Below, piece by piece: positions 9,496 to 21,912 of a stretch of 64,000 nucleotides of DNA. The notes below the pieces were generated by a model that saw nothing but the letters and a program-made list of their open reading frames with translations, did not search any database and was not told the DNA's origin. The number at the start of each line of letters is the position of its first letter. The stretch's first letter is position 1. The translations under genes were made by a program, and so were the position numbers. Source of the stretch: Cyanophyceae cyanobacterium (GTDB taxonomy: Bacteria > Cyanobacteriota > Cyanobacteriia > Cyanobacteriales > Laspinemataceae); NCBI GenBank assembly GCA_038321985.1, contig JBBQFN010000006.1, positions 64,001 to 128,000 on the forward strand, given 5' to 3'.

Positions 9496-10095
9496 TTAGA
9501 CTGTCGCTAAGTCGCGATGCTCGATTTTGGTGCCTAAAACCTTAAGAAATTCCGCTAACCAGGCCCCATGAGCAGGCCAAGCGGGGGCCGTGACTAAATT
9601 TCCATCTACCATCGCCTCATCCACCGCGATCGCCACATAAATTCCCCCAGCGCGAGTAACATCTGGACCACAAGCGGGGTAAGCGGTGCAGCGTTTACCT
9701 TGCAGAACATCCGCTGCCGCCAACAATTGCAATCCGTGACAAATCGAGGCGATCGGCTTATTTTCTTGAGCAAAATGACGAGTAATTTCCAAAACCCGCT
9801 CATTAAGCCGAATATATTCCGGCGCACGTCCACCGGGTACGACTAAAGCATCATAGCTCGCCGGATCCACGTCAGCAAACGTCGCATTAAGGGCGAAATT
9901 GTGACCCGGTTTTTCACTGTAAGTTTGGTCCCCTTCAAAATCGTGAATGGCGGTACGAACCTTGTCCCCGGCAGTCTTATCCGGGCAGACTGCATGAACC
10001 GTATGGCCCACCATTTGCAACGCTTGAAATGGCACCATCACCTCATAATCTTCCACATAATCGCCCACCAGCATTAAAATCCGCTTTCCAGTCAT
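9496..10095 (-). CDS. DJ-1/PfpI family protein
   Basis: [16 protein letters not shown], nucleophile elbow ICHG, GGAG RBS. Confidence 0.93.
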   Translation of the reverse strand: MTGKRILMLVGDYVEDYEVMVPFQALQMVGHTVHAVCPDKTAGDKVRTAIHDFEGDQTYSEKPGHNFALNATFADVDPASYDALVVPGGRAPEYIRLNERVLEITRHFAQENKPIASICHGLQLLAAADVLQGKRCTAYPACGPDVTRAGGIYVAIAVDEAMVDGNLVTAPAWPAHGAWLAEFLKVLGTKIEHRDLATV

Positions 10096-10124
10096 GTTTT
10101 GGACTCCTACCCCAGGTTTAAGAT

Positions 10125-10175
10125 AAAAAAATGAAGCAAAGCTGGCTTTCTACTGTGTCAGCTTTGCTTCATTTT
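10125..10175 (-). terminator. Intrinsic terminator downstream of petN
   Basis: AAAATGAAGCAAAGCTG/CAGCTTTGCTTCATTTT inverted repeat, followed by a U-run on the minus strand. Confidence 0.7.
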
Positions 10176-10245
10176 GACATCATCCCTGCCGTAATCAGAG
10201 GATGGTTGGGATTAGATCCCGGAGTCTAGGGTAGCCAGAACTAGC

Positions 10246-10335
10246 CTAGAAACCGTTGCGACCCCAAATGACCATTGCGATAGAAAAAGTAAAAACACCT
10301 ACAAAAGCAGCCCAACCCACAGTCAGAATATCCAT
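10246..10335 (-). CDS. petN: Cytochrome b6f subunit 8 (PetN), not in the ORF track
   Basis: Manual translation gives [29 protein letters not shown] (29 aa), the PetN signature. Confidence 0.97.
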   Translation of the reverse strand: MDILTVGWAAFVGVFTFSIAMVIWGRNGF

Positions 10336-11417
10336 AGTCTTAATTTCGCAAGTCAAAGATAACGAACAATTTCAAATTTCAATCATACGTTAAAGCGGGA
10401 CATAATCGACTGTAAGCCCTAGGATGCGGGTTAGGGTTTTTAGGAGTTTCTGTGGGGCGATCGCGTTCCCTCATCAATTAAAGAGCCTTTGTACCGGGTT
10501 CATCTGCTGCCCCGATTGGCTGATCAAGCAGGACTCTAGGGGCAGATTATTGATAAAAGGAGGGACTGTTTGATCAGCTAAACCAGGCAACTCCCTACTC
10601 CCGGCGATCGGGCAACTCAATTATCCGGACTCCGGTTATTATTCACTTAGCCTATTTTATCAATTGGATGACCCTACTAGCCGACCCGGTAAAACTTCGT
10701 TCTGAATAGGCATTTTCCTTCCCAGATAGCTCGTGTTGCAGCAATTGGACAATAATGTAGCGCAGATTTGCTTGAATCCCCTTACCCAAATGAATCCGGA
10801 ATATCTACCTTCCTCTAACTTATGCTGACCTTCAAGTTCAAAAATGGCAGTATCTGCTCTTCCTCTTCCGGTAAGGCAAAGTAAATGTTGCCAATTATTT
10901 TTAAAATCCTCTATTTTATTTATAGGTCTTATTTTTAGAGGTTTTAGTAAATAGATAAAATTTATGATCTGCTTAAATTTAGGTAAAAAGCTAAAGGGTC
11001 AGAACCACAGAGCCAAAATATTAGATTTAAAGCCCTAAGTATCAGAAAATTTTATGATTTTAATAAGTAAAATAATTAATTAATTTAATAACGGTTATAA
11101 TTTCAGGTTAGGAAATTACTTCAATCTTCACCATGGGAGAGGTTAGAAAGAATTTAAAGACCCTTGAAAACAAGAGAGGATAGCAGCGTAGAATTGAAGA
11201 GGGAAGTTAGTCCTCCCCAACAACCTGAGTCGAAAAGGATGCCCACGGCATCATCGATAACAGGAGGTACAGGGGGGAGGTTATTCCTTTATAGAGAGGG
11301 AAAATAGGTATAAGTAACTTGGTCTAATTTAACTTATCCGGTTTACAGTAAATAGTGAAGCCTCAAGCGGAACGAGATTTATCGTCATGGAAAGAGTAAG
11401 TAACTGGAGCGCAACCG

Positions 11418-12143
11418 ATGAAAACCATTTTGGTGATTGAAGATGAACAGGCCGTCTTGACTAATATCTTGGAAATCCTTGAAGGAGGAGGCTTTAAGGC
11501 CATTGGCGCGGAACATGGACTGATTGGGATAGAAAAAGCCAAGAAATATTTCCCCGATTTGATTCTGTGCGATGTTATGATGCCTGGACTGGATGGACAT
11601 GGGGTCTTAACTCAACTGAGAGAGTCACCCCCAACGGCGACGATTCCGTTTATTTTTCTGACCGCCAAAGCGGATCATGCGGATTTGCGCCAAGGCATGA
11701 ATTTAGGAGCTGATGATTATATCACAAAACCATTCCGGCGCAAAGATTTGTTGGAAGCGATTAATACTCGTCTGAATAAACAAGCAACGGTGATGCAGCA
11801 GTATGCAACTGAGCGTCAGCGAGCCGAAGGATTGCAAGCTAAAATGTATGAGCTGGAAGAACTCAGCCAGACCAAAGATGGCCTGTTAAAGAAATTAGTG
11901 GAAGATCTACGCAATCCGCTATCCAAGATTAATTTGGCGATTCATATGCTGAAGAATACACCGGCTGGAACATCTACAGAACGGTATCTGGAGATTTTGC
12001 AGGAAGAATTCGAGCGGGAAATTCATCTGATTAATCAAGTATCGGAGTTACAAGATTTATTAACAGCAGATAACTTTACCCTGTTACGGAAGTTCAACCT
12101 ATTGGGAGGCAATTTAGAAAACCCGCCTAACAAACGCTACTAA
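11418..12143 (+). CDS. Response regulator with coiled-coil and degenerate HisKA-like tail
   Basis: REC domain (VIEDE, LCDVMMP, FLTA, TKPF). Tail VEDLRNPL lacks the phospho-His, and there is no HATPase domain. Confidence 0.85.
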   Translation: MKTILVIEDEQAVLTNILEILEGGGFKAIGAEHGLIGIEKAKKYFPDLILCDVMMPGLDGHGVLTQLRESPPTATIPFIFLTAKADHADLRQGMNLGADDYITKPFRRKDLLEAINTRLNKQATVMQQYATERQRAEGLQAKMYELEELSQTKDGLLKKLVEDLRNPLSKINLAIHMLKNTPAGTSTERYLEILQEEFEREIHLINQVSELQDLLTADNFTLLRKFNLLGGNLENPPNKRY

Positions 12144-12316
12144 TCTCTGCCGTAGAGGGAGCCATCAGGACTAAATTATCCCCATGGGAAATTTTCGTTC
12201 CCAAATCTGGGAAAATTTAATCAAAAGCATGATCGGCATTGTCCAAGGTGTCGCCACCGCATCGCAAACCAAGACTCTCCCAAAATGCAGGATGTTAAAG
12301 CTCTAATGAATGGGTT

Positions 12317-14119
12317 ATGAAAAAAATTTTAGTGATTGAGGACGAAGAATTAGTCCGTAACAACATTCTTGAAATTCTGGATACGGTGGATTTTAGGGTG
12401 ATTGGAGCGGAAAACGGGGGTATCGGGGTCCAACTGGCACAGGAACAGCTACCGGACCTGATTTTATGTGATGTGATGATGCCTGAGTTAGATGGGTATG
12501 AAGTCCTGGCAGCACTGCGAAAAAATCCGGTAACCGCGACGATTCCATTTATTTTTTTAACGGCAAAAGGCGAGAAAACGGATATTCGTCAAGGGATGAA
12601 TTTGGGCGCGGATGACTATTTGACTAAACCATTTCGCCGCAAAGAATTACTGGGGGCGATCGACGCAAGGCTGATCAAACATGATACTTTATATCAAGGT
12701 TACGGTCGGGAACACAGCCGAGCGATCGCCCCCAGGGAGGAAGTGGAGTCTGAGCGGAATGAGGCGATCTATTATGATGGCTTAACGAATTTACCGAATC
12801 AACTGTTAGTCCGAGAGCAGTTTGAACTCTTGCACGATCGCATCCGTAGAGAAGGCGGCACTATCTCAGTTTTGTCCATTGGGTTGGACCGATTTAAGCG
12901 GATTAATAAGACCCTCGGCCATGACTTTGGCGATCGCCTCTTGATCCAAGTTGCCCAGAGATTGAGCCGCTCGGTTGGTCCAGAGAATATTGTAGCGCGA
13001 TTGCATACAGACCAATTTGTGATCGTCCTGGTATCGGGTTCCCACAACCGCGATCGGTCAAGTTCCCCAGAGGCTCCAGAAGCTCCCCCAAATGTGAACA
13101 GTTTAGGAATAATCGAGGCAGTCGCTCAACCCATTTTAAACCGACTTACCCAACCCTTTTATTTAGAAAAACGCGAAATCTTTATTACTGCTAGCATTGG
13201 TATTAGTAGTTTTCCCCAGGACGGGGAAGATGTGGACCAATTGATGAAAAATGCGGGGGTTGCCATGTCCTACGCCAAACAATTGGGGGGCAATCAATAT
13301 CAATGTTACACCCCTACGCTACAAAGTGAATCCCTGGATGACCTCACCCTAGAAACTAGCCTGCGCTATGCCTTAGAACGGCATGAATTGGAATTGTATT
13401 ATCAGCCCATTGTCGGGCTAAAGAACGGTAAAATCGTCGGGGCTGAAGCCTTGATTCGCTGGCAACACCCTCAACAAGGGATGATTTCTCCGGTCAAATT
13501 TATCCCCTTGGCGGAACAAACTGGCTTAATTGCCCCGATCGGGGAATGGGTACTCCAAACTGCCTGTCAACAAACCAAACGTTGGCAAACCGAGGGTTTA
13601 CCTCGGGTGCGAGTTGCGGTTAACCTTTCAGTTCGCCAGTTTAATCAAATCGACCTCAGCGAACGGTTAGTGCGGATTTTAGAGGAAAGTGGACTCGACC
13701 CTAGTTATTTAGAATTAGAACTCACGGAAAGTATTTTAGTTCAAAATATTGCCCTGACTATTGCTAAATTGAATGAATTAAAATCAATGGGGGTTAAAAT
13801 TTCTCTTGATGATTTTGGCACGGGTTATTCTTCTTTAAGTTATTTGCAACAATTTCCCTTTGATTTGTTAAAAATAGACCGATGTTTTGTTCAAAATATT
13901 AATACCAATCCTACCAACGCAGCTTTAACCCAAGCCATTATTCAAATGGCACACTCTTTGAATTTAAAAGTGATTGCAGAAGGAGTGGAAACCCGAGAAG
14001 AGTTGGCAGTTTTGTATGAAAATAAATGTGATAATATTCAGGGTTATTTATTCAGTCGTCCGGTGAAAGCAGAAGAATTTAAACGAATGCTTGAAGAAGG
14101 TAAGCAGTTGGAAAATTAA
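12317..14119 (+). CDS. REC-GGDEF(degenerate)-EAL protein, probable c-di-GMP phosphodiesterase
   Basis: REC domain, GGDEF position reads HTDQF, intact EAL, DDFGTGYSS and AEGVE. Confidence 0.92.
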   Translation: MKKILVIEDEELVRNNILEILDTVDFRVIGAENGGIGVQLAQEQLPDLILCDVMMPELDGYEVLAALRKNPVTATIPFIFLTAKGEKTDIRQGMNLGADDYLTKPFRRKELLGAIDARLIKHDTLYQGYGREHSRAIAPREEVESERNEAIYYDGLTNLPNQLLVREQFELLHDRIRREGGTISVLSIGLDRFKRINKTLGHDFGDRLLIQVAQRLSRSVGPENIVARLHTDQFVIVLVSGSHNRDRSSSPEAPEAPPNVNSLGIIEAVAQPILNRLTQPFYLEKREIFITASIGISSFPQDGEDVDQLMKNAGVAMSYAKQLGGNQYQCYTPTLQSESLDDLTLETSLRYALERHELELYYQPIVGLKNGKIVGAEALIRWQHPQQGMISPVKFIPLAEQTGLIAPIGEWVLQTACQQTKRWQTEGLPRVRVAVNLSVRQFNQIDLSERLVRILEESGLDPSYLELELTESILVQNIALTIAKLNELKSMGVKISLDDFGTGYSSLSYLQQFPFDLLKIDRCFVQNINTNPTNAALTQAIIQMAHSLNLKVIAEGVETREELAVLYENKCDNIQGYLFSRPVKAEEFKRMLEEGKQLEN

Positions 14120-14332
14120 CCTCAAAACCCACGTCATTTGTCAGATTAGTAGCGACCAATGGCAAGGTTTTGCCGGGGTTAAGCAAGAAGAGAAATGAGG
14201 TATTTCTACAGGTGTAGGTTTAAAACCCGTGTGGTTTAGTAGACTTATTTAGGCGGTAATCCATCCTGAAACGGAAGAATTTAAAACCTGTGGTTGCGCG
14301 AAAACAAACCAACTTTGCAAAATTACCTAAAC

Positions 14333-17300
14333 ATGAGCGATCGCCTAAACTTCCGATTGAATCAATGCCTGGACTGCCACCCGCTGAAAGTTGCACGCAA
14401 TCTCCCTCTAAAAAGCGCGATCGCCTTGATGAACCGATCGCGATCAAGCTATGTTTTAGTTGTAGAACCGTCTCAATCCCACCGGGCAGAAACAATCTGT
14501 GGTATCTTTACCGAGGCGAATTTAGTTAACTGGGCTGCGGCTGGAATGTCCGCAGAATCGGTGACTGTTTCCGAAGTGATGACGGAAAATATAATCCCCC
14601 TAAGTGGGGCTGACCTCATCGACCGCTTGGCCCTCTTTTCCTATATAGAAGCGCATCAAATTCGCTATTTGCCCATCCAGGATAGTCAAGGAAAACTACT
14701 CGGAGTGGTCACCGATGATAGCCTTTGCCAAGGGCTACAACCCAGGGATTTTAGAGAACCTCAACTTGCCCAGCAGAGGATGAGTCAGGCGATCGCCACC
14801 GCTGACCCCACGGCCTCTATCCTAGAATTAATCAAACAAATGGCAGCCCAGGGTAGTAGTTCTGTGGTGATTTGTCAAAACCAAGAACTCACGGATTTGA
14901 GCCGAAAATTCACCCTTGAAAAATTCAATCCTCCCCTCCCCATTGGCATCATCACCGCCCGGGATATTGTCCAATATCATGGCTTGGGATTAGACCTTGC
15001 CAATACTCCCGCCTCCCAGGTGATGAGTCAACCTTTATTAGTCGGAAACCCCCACGATTCCCTCCAACATATTCACCACCAAATGCAAGAGGTTTGGGTA
15101 CGACATTGGGTGATTGTCACAGCAGGACGAGAATTAGTTGGAATGGTTACTCCCAGGGAGATTCTGCAAGGATGGAGTGGGAGCAAAATTCCCGATGCAA
15201 ATCAGGCGCTGAATGGGAACGGCACTGAGATTCCCAACCAACCGCGACTCGTGAGTAATTCTGAACAGGAAGGGACACCGAGAAAGAATCACCGGGAAGC
15301 ACAGGGATGGGAAATAGCCTTTCGGCAGGAGAGCGCTTTTTCTAACCTAGCCTTACAACAGGTATTGGAACAACAGCAAACCGAGATTTTTCAGCGGCAA
15401 TTGGCGCAAAAATTACTGCAATTTAGTGAGGAACGATTCCGTCAGCTTGCTGAAACCATTGAGCAAGTATTCTGGCTCGTTTCAAGTGACCTTAAGCAGT
15501 TGATTTATATGAGTCCTGCCTTTGAGAAGGTGTGGGGAATTTCCCGAGACACTTTAGAGAAAAAGGAGGGAGAGGAATCGAGGAATTATCTCAAAATTCT
15601 GGAAGAGAGTATCTATCGGGAAGATTGGCGACCCGCTTGGGAGAATTGGCCCCAGCACGTGCTGAGTGAGGGGAAACTGGAGTATCGGATTGTCCAGCCA
15701 GATGGAACCGTGCGCTGGGTGCTTTCTCGGGGATTTCCGGTTTATAACGAGGAGGGAGAGGTTTACCGAATAGCGGGGATAACCACGGATATTACCGATC
15801 GCAAACAGGCAGAAATCGCGCGACGAGAGAGTGAAGATCGGTATCGTCAGTTAGTGGAAACGACCACGGATTGGGTGTGGGAGATGGATGCACAGGGGCG
15901 ATACACCTATAGCAGTCCCAGAATTCAGGATATTTTAGGGTATGAACCGACCGAGGCGATCGGGAAAAGTCTGGACACTTTGATGGTGCCAGAATGGGCG
16001 GATTCAGGACTCCACTGGATTGCAGAACTCGCCGCCAACCCGGAACCGTTTAGCTGCAAGGAACGGATGAATCTCCACAAGGAGGGCCGAGTGGTGGTGT
16101 TAGAAAGCAGTGGCGTACCGATTTTTGATGAAATGGGGAAGTTGATCGGGTATCGGGGAATTGATCGGGATATTACAGCGAGAAAGGAAGCAGAAGCGGC
16201 CCTGCAACAGATTAATCAAGAGTTGGAACAGCGGGTTCAAGTGCAAACTGCGGAACTGCGCGAGTTAATTGGGCAGTTGCAAGGGGAAATTGCTCGTCGT
16301 CAGGAGGTCGAATCGGCCCTCAGACAGAGTGAGGAACGCTTGGAGAGCATTTTGGGTTCCTTAAATGATGTGGTGTGGTCCGCTTCGGCACAGACTCGGG
16401 AATTGTTGTATTTGAATCCGGCTTTTGAGAGAATTTATGGACGGTCTCGCCAGGAGTTTTTTAAGAATCCAGAGTTGTGGCGTCAGGTGGTGCATCCAGA
16501 CGATCGCTCTCGGGTGACTCAGTTTTGGGAGGCGCTACTGTTGCAAGGGTCTCAGGATCTAGAGTACCGGATTCTGAGACCGAATGGGGAGGTCCGATGG
16601 TTGGAGGACCGCGCTCATTTGCTTTATGATCCGACTCGCCAAGGATTCCGGATGGATGGGGTGGCGCGGGATATTACGGAACGCAAACAAGCAGAAGTGG
16701 CGATCGCCCTTTCGGAAAGGCGGTTTCATGCCATTTTTGACCAAACCTTCCAATTTATGGCCTTGTTAAGTCCCGAGGGTATCATTCTGGAAATGAACCA
16801 GACGGCACTTGAGGTGTGGGGGCTGGCGGGGAAGAATGCGATCGGGCGGCCGTTTTGGGAATGTCCCTGTTGGCAGCCCATGGATCCGAAGGAACCGGGG
16901 GAGAGTTCAGGGGACTGTGAGGAAGATCACGATTGCTGTTCGATTCATGGGGCCAATCGCTTTCGAGGGGCGATCGCCACGGCAGCAGCAGGACAATTGT
17001 GGCGGGATGAAGTGGCAATTTTCGGACCCCAAAAGCAGCCGGTGACAATTGATGTTTCTATTAAGCCGGTTCGAGATCAAGGCGATCGGGTGATTCAGTT
17101 GATAGCAGAAGGTCGAGATATTAGCGATCGCAAGCGCCTAGAAACGGAAATTTCGGAGAGAGAACAACTGCTAAATTCTTTCTTTAAAGCCAGTTCTAGC
17201 GTTTCTCTGGGACTAGGAATTGTAGATGATCAGATGCGGTTTATCCAAGTCAACGAAGCCCTTGCCGAAATTCATGGCCTATCTCCTTTGGACCATATCG

Positions 17301-18598
17301 GTAAAACCACTCCTGAAATCATGCCCGATGTCAGCCACCAAGTTCAATTCTTAATCGAAGAATTATTAAAATCCGGGACCCCCATCCTCAACTTAGAGGT
17401 TTCCAGCGAAAAGCCTTCTAAACCGGGGGTACTCCATCATTGGCTGACTTGTTACTTTCCGGTTCCCCTTAAAAATGGTCGGGCGCGAGGGGTGGGGTTT
17501 ATCGTCCTCGATATTACTCAGCGCAAAACAGCCGAACAAGCCCTGCGCCAGATTCAAGAACGGCTAGAATATTTGCTGTGTACTAATCCCACGATTATTT
17601 ATAGTTGTAAGCCAACCGGAGACTATGCCTTGACCTTTATCAGTCAAAATATCCTGCGCCAGTTTGGTTACGAGGCGCAGCAACTGTTAGATAATCCCAA
17701 CCTGTGGTTTGAGTGCATCCATCCCGACGATGCCAAACGTCTTTTTGCTCACATCTTTCGTCTGCAAGAACGCACCCAAGAGATTTATGAATATCGAGTG
17801 AGACACCAAAACTGCAGCTACCGTTGGGTACGAGATGAAAGGCGTCTGGTTTGCGATCGCGAGGGCAATCCCTTAGAAATAGTCGGTTCCATGTATGATA
17901 TAACCGAGCAGAAAAAAGCCCTCGGACAACTTAAAGCATCCTTGCAAGAGAAAGAGGTCTTGCTTAAAGAAATTCACCATCGGGTAAAAAATAACTTGCA
18001 AGTTATTTCCAGTTTGCTTAACCTGCAATCGCGAGGCATTCAGGATGAAGAAACCCGAATCTTATTTCAAGATAGCCAAAATAGGATTCAATCAATCGCT
18101 TTCATCCATGAAAAATTGTATCAGTCGCGGGACCTTGCTCAGGTGGATTTTTCTCAATATATTCAAACTTTATGTATCCATTTATTTCGCTCTTATGGAA
18201 CAAGTCCGCAACGAATTAGCCTCAACCTTGAAATTGATGATATCTTCCTCAGTGTAGATACGGCTATCCCCTGTGGTTTGATTGTGAATGAGTTGGTCTG
18301 TAATGCACTCAAACATGGGTTTTCCCCGAAGGGAACGGGGGCGATCGAGATTGGACTCCATCGCACCTTTCAGGAGGCGGATGAGGGAAAACGCGAACTT
18401 GTGATGAGGGTTCGAGACAATGGGATAGGTTTTCCCGCCGAGGTAGACTTTCGGAAAACTCGCTCGTTGGGGATGCAGTTGATCAATACTTTAGTCAAAC
18501 AACTCAAAGGAACCATTGAGTTAAACCGGAATAGTGGCACTGCATTTGAAATTGTCTTTTCAGCCAAACATCATGTTGGAGATGAAAGACATGAGTAA
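14333..18598 (+). CDS. CBS + multi-PAS/PAC sensor histidine kinase (HisKA_2 type)
   Basis: N-terminal CBS pairs, repeated DITxRK PAC ends, [26 protein letters not shown]. Alternative TTG start at 14294. Confidence 0.92.
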   Translation: MSDRLNFRLNQCLDCHPLKVARNLPLKSAIALMNRSRSSYVLVVEPSQSHRAETICGIFTEANLVNWAAAGMSAESVTVSEVMTENIIPLSGADLIDRLALFSYIEAHQIRYLPIQDSQGKLLGVVTDDSLCQGLQPRDFREPQLAQQRMSQAIATADPTASILELIKQMAAQGSSSVVICQNQELTDLSRKFTLEKFNPPLPIGIITARDIVQYHGLGLDLANTPASQVMSQPLLVGNPHDSLQHIHHQMQEVWVRHWVIVTAGRELVGMVTPREILQGWSGSKIPDANQALNGNGTEIPNQPRLVSNSEQEGTPRKNHREAQGWEIAFRQESAFSNLALQQVLEQQQTEIFQRQLAQKLLQFSEERFRQLAETIEQVFWLVSSDLKQLIYMSPAFEKVWGISRDTLEKKEGEESRNYLKILEESIYREDWRPAWENWPQHVLSEGKLEYRIVQPDGTVRWVLSRGFPVYNEEGEVYRIAGITTDITDRKQAEIARRESEDRYRQLVETTTDWVWEMDAQGRYTYSSPRIQDILGYEPTEAIGKSLDTLMVPEWADSGLHWIAELAANPEPFSCKERMNLHKEGRVVVLESSGVPIFDEMGKLIGYRGIDRDITARKEAEAALQQINQELEQRVQVQTAELRELIGQLQGEIARRQEVESALRQSEERLESILGSLNDVVWSASAQTRELLYLNPAFERIYGRSRQEFFKNPELWRQVVHPDDRSRVTQFWEALLLQGSQDLEYRILRPNGEVRWLEDRAHLLYDPTRQGFRMDGVARDITERKQAEVAIALSERRFHAIFDQTFQFMALLSPEGIILEMNQTALEVWGLAGKNAIGRPFWECPCWQPMDPKEPGESSGDCEEDHDCCSIHGANRFRGAIATAAAGQLWRDEVAIFGPQKQPVTIDVSIKPVRDQGDRVIQLIAEGRDISDRKRLETEISEREQLLNSFFKASSSVSLGLGIVDDQMRFIQVNEALAEIHGLSPLDHIGKTTPEIMPDVSHQVQFLIEELLKSGTPILNLEVSSEKPSKPGVLHHWLTCYFPVPLKNGRARGVGFIVLDITQRKTAEQALRQIQERLEYLLCTNPTIIYSCKPTGDYALTFISQNILRQFGYEAQQLLDNPNLWFECIHPDDAKRLFAHIFRLQERTQEIYEYRVRHQNCSYRWVRDERRLVCDREGNPLEIVGSMYDITEQKKALGQLKASLQEKEVLLKEIHHRVKNNLQVISSLLNLQSRGIQDEETRILFQDSQNRIQSIAFIHEKLYQSRDLAQVDFSQYIQTLCIHLFRSYGTSPQRISLNLEIDDIFLSVDTAIPCGLIVNELVCNALKHGFSPKGTGAIEIGLHRTFQEADEGKRELVMRVRDNGIGFPAEVDFRKTRSLGMQLINTLVKQLKGTIELNRNSGTAFEIVFSAKHHVGDERHE

Positions 18599-20207
18599 CG
18601 AGAAAATTTTAGTGGTAGAAGATGAAGGAATCGTCGCCTTGGATGTCCAAACAATTTTAGAAGATTTGGGATATCAGGTGCCGGTAGCCGTTGCTTCCGG
18701 AGAGGAAGCCATTCAAGCCGCAGCGGATATCCATCCGGATTTAGTCTTGATGGATATTCATTTGGAAGGCAGCATTGATGGGGTGACAGCAGCAGAACAA
18801 ATCCGCGATCGCTTTAATATTCCCGTTGTGTATCTAACAGCTTATAGTGATGAAGATACTTTACAACGGGCTAAACTGACCACCCCTTTTGGGTATTTAA
18901 TTAAACCTTTAGAACCCCGGAGTTTAAAGTCTACGATTGACATGGCAATTTATCGTCATCAAATCGAACAAGAATTAAAACAAAGTAAAGAGTGGTTTGC
19001 CACCACCTTGCGTTCCATTGGGGATGCCGTCATTGCGACTGATGAAATCGGACGGATTCGGTTTATTAATCCCGTGGCAGAAAGTTTAACCGGATGGAAA
19101 CAAGCCGATGCCTTGGGAAAAAATATTGCCCAAGTTTTTCGGATTACCCATGAAATGTCAGCAGCGATCGCCCAACAGTTAGGAACCTCGGAATCCTCGG
19201 CAGACAACCTGCCTGAAACCCCCCATGAACGAGTTTTAATTGCGAAAAATGGCACAAAAATTCCCATAGATGATACCGTCGCCCCCATTGGCGGAGAAAA
19301 TGAGAAGATTATTGGGGCGGTTTATGTCTTTCGGGATATTACTTCTAAAAAAGCAACCGAAGTTTTACAAAAAGAAAGAATTCGATTACAAACTGAAATT
19401 AAAGAAAGGGCATTAGCAGAAGCAGAAATTCGCAGATTATTAGAAATAGAAAAAGAATTAAGTGAATTTAAAAGCCGATTAATTACTACAATTTCTCATG
19501 AATTTAGAACGCCAATGAGCGTTATTTTATCTTCCGCCGAATTACTCCAAGTCTATAGTGATACCTGGCCCGAAGAGCGGAAAGAAACCCATTATCATCG
19601 CATTAAAACCGCCATTGAATACATGACAGGAATGATTGAAGATGTCACCCTAGTGGGGCAAGCGGAAAGCGGGCATCTTGAATTTCAACCGCATCCAGTA
19701 GAGGTCGTTGATTTTTGTTCTCGGGCAATCGAACAGATAAAAGTCACCACCAGCGATCGCCACCAAATTAATTTAATCTCCCACACCGACAAAATTGCCG
19801 CCCTCATGGACTCTCAACTGCTGCGACAAATCCTCAGTAACTTATTCTCCAATGCCATCAAATACTCCCCCAAAGGCGGGGAAATCATCCTAGAACTCAG
19901 TACCGAATCCGTACCCGTCACAGCCACTCACCCGACCTCTTCAACCCAGGTTATCTTCCGAATTAAAGACCCCGGGATTGGAATTCCTCAACAGGACCTA
20001 CAACAACTTTTCGAGTCTTTCCAGAGAGCTACAAATGTAGGAACAATCCGAGGAACAGGATTAGGACTGGCGATCGTCAAAAAGTGTGTAGAATTACATG
20101 GAGGTCAAATCGAAATAGAAAGTGAAATTGACAGAGGCAGCACCTTTATCGTCAAAATTCCCCTACAAACTCCCTCATACGATGTCATTTTACCCGACAT
20201 AGAGTGA
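18591..20207 (+). CDS. Hybrid REC-PAS-histidine kinase
   Basis: REC (VVEDE, LMDIHL), PAS, SHEFRTP, NAIKYS, GTGLGL. ATG overlaps the upstream stop (ATGAGTAA). Confidence 0.92.
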   Translation: MSNEKILVVEDEGIVALDVQTILEDLGYQVPVAVASGEEAIQAAADIHPDLVLMDIHLEGSIDGVTAAEQIRDRFNIPVVYLTAYSDEDTLQRAKLTTPFGYLIKPLEPRSLKSTIDMAIYRHQIEQELKQSKEWFATTLRSIGDAVIATDEIGRIRFINPVAESLTGWKQADALGKNIAQVFRITHEMSAAIAQQLGTSESSADNLPETPHERVLIAKNGTKIPIDDTVAPIGGENEKIIGAVYVFRDITSKKATEVLQKERIRLQTEIKERALAEAEIRRLLEIEKELSEFKSRLITTISHEFRTPMSVILSSAELLQVYSDTWPEERKETHYHRIKTAIEYMTGMIEDVTLVGQAESGHLEFQPHPVEVVDFCSRAIEQIKVTTSDRHQINLISHTDKIAALMDSQLLRQILSNLFSNAIKYSPKGGEIILELSTESVPVTATHPTSSTQVIFRIKDPGIGIPQQDLQQLFESFQRATNVGTIRGTGLGLAIVKKCVELHGGQIEIESEIDRGSTFIVKIPLQTPSYDVILPDIE

Positions 20208-20363
20208 TAAGTAATAGAGAGGTTAGACCCTCACCGTTCTCAATCCTAATTAACTCGTTCGACTCGTTCCCCCATTCTACTTAAAAAAGCCCAAAATGAG
20301 GTCATACCTCCTGTCATAAAAAGATATTCCATCCCTCCCAAAACTCATCCCACTCACCCTTAA

Positions 20364-21275
20364 ATGTTGAAAAATACCTGGCCTAAAATCCCTTTTGTCT
20401 CTCTTAAACCCCACATTTCTTTTACACCCTATTTATTTTTAATTCCCGCCCTTTTTATCTTAGGATTAACCGTATTCTGGCCTGCACTCCAAGCCTTTTA
20501 TCTCAGCTTTACCCGCTATGAATACGACCTCACCCAAGCCCCCAACTGGGTCGGATTTGCTAACCTGCGCCGCCTCTGGACCGATCTGATTTTTTGGCAA
20601 ACCCTCCGCAATACCTTACTCTATCTCGTTTGTGTCGTTCCCATCCTCGTCAGCGCGCCCCTAGGACTTGCCATCCTAGTCAACGGAAAACTCCCCGGAA
20701 TGAACTGGTTTAGAACCGCTTATTACACCCCCGTTGTTATTTCTATTGTCGTCGCCGGAATTGCCTGGAAATGGCTGTACGCAGAAAATGGATTATTGAA
20801 TCAAGTCCTACAAACCTTCGGATTAGTCCGTTCCGGTTCCGGAATTCCCTGGCTAACCAGTCCTCAACTGGCCCTCTTTAGTGTCATGGCAGTAACCATT
20901 TGGAAAGGACTGGGATATTACATGATGATTTACTTAGCCGGACTGCAATCCATTTCCCCCGAATTATACGAAGCCGCCGCTTTAGACGGGTCCGATGGCA
21001 CTCGAAAACACTGGGATATCACCGTTCCTTTAATGACACCCTATCTCCTCTTAGTAGCCGTCATTTCTTCAATTTCCGCTACGAAAGTCTTTGAAGAAGT
21101 CTTCATCATGACCCAAGGCGGACCCCGAAATAGTTCTAAAACAATCGTTTATTATTTATATGAAAAAGCCTTTCAAGAGTTGGAAATTGGTTATGCCTGT
21201 ACCATTGGGCTAGTCTTATTTTTAATTATTTTTATTCTTTCGGTCTTACGATTTCTACTACCCAATCAAAATTAA
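20364..21275 (+). CDS. Carbohydrate ABC transporter permease (CUT1, LacF/MalF-like)
   Basis: WVGFANL, EAA loop ELYEAAALDG, TQGGP. Confidence 0.92.
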   Translation: MLKNTWPKIPFVSLKPHISFTPYLFLIPALFILGLTVFWPALQAFYLSFTRYEYDLTQAPNWVGFANLRRLWTDLIFWQTLRNTLLYLVCVVPILVSAPLGLAILVNGKLPGMNWFRTAYYTPVVISIVVAGIAWKWLYAENGLLNQVLQTFGLVRSGSGIPWLTSPQLALFSVMAVTIWKGLGYYMMIYLAGLQSISPELYEAAALDGSDGTRKHWDITVPLMTPYLLLVAVISSISATKVFEEVFIMTQGGPRNSSKTIVYYLYEKAFQELEIGYACTIGLVLFLIIFILSVLRFLLPNQN

Positions 21276-21299
21276 AAATCGAACAAACTCCGATGTTCC

Positions 21300-21320
21300 T
21301 AGTAACGACTTCAGTCGTTA
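21300..21320. repeat. REP-like palindrome
   Basis: TAG-TAACGACT-TC-AGTCGTTA, perfect 8-bp inverted repeat between convergent genes. Confidence 0.55.
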
Positions 21321-21419
21321 TCCCAACCCTACCGGGTAAAACAGCAATCACTATCATCACCTTTTCAGGGATATTCTTAACCGATGATCACTCAGCATTG
21401 AATTCTGAAAGGAGGTGAA

Positions 21420-21650
21420 TCAGAGTTTACTACCCGAATTTTCTACTGAGGAACCATCGCGAATGGAATATTCAAGAGAACGGGGGTTGTCCAAACGCTT
21501 CGAGGCATCTAAAATTTCCATTCCCACCATATTTCCATCTTGGTCATAATCTAGGATAACTCCCGGCTTTTCTTCGTCGCTTTCTTCAATCGCACTGGCG
21601 GTAAAAATAATTCGCAATGTATCAACTTCGGGGTCATAGATAATTTTCAT
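21420..21650 (-). CDS. DUF2283 protein (putative antitoxin)
   Basis: MKIIYDPEVDTLRI, GVILDYDQDGNMVGMEILDAS signature. Confidence 0.9.
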   Translation of the reverse strand: MKIIYDPEVDTLRIIFTASAIEESDEEKPGVILDYDQDGNMVGMEILDASKRLDNPRSLEYSIRDGSSVENSGSKL

Positions 21651-21652
21651 GG

Positions 21653-21907
21653 CTAAACCCAATATTTTGTAATTTTACTGGTGCGATAGGCGGTGATAAC
21701 AACGGCTGGATCGCTATTATCTGCAACAATAACTCGAATTAAATAGATTTTACCTCCGCCAAAATCTACTTGAGATTGATAGGCTTTTCTGCCCTCTTTT
21801 TCGGCAATAATTTGCTGAGGATTATTTAAAACTGATTCTACCATATTTTGCTGAAGCCCTCGGCGCTGTAGTTCTTGTAAAGCATGGTTAGAAAAGATGA
21901 AATTCAT
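21653..21907 (-). CDS. DUF4258 protein (putative RNase toxin)
   Basis: FSNHALQELQRRG and VVITAY motifs. Stop lies 2 nt before the DUF2283 start. Confidence 0.82.
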   Translation of the reverse strand: MNFIFSNHALQELQRRGLQQNMVESVLNNPQQIIAEKEGRKAYQSQVDFGGGKIYLIRVIVADNSDPAVVITAYRTSKITKYWV

Positions 21908-21912
21908 GGGGT

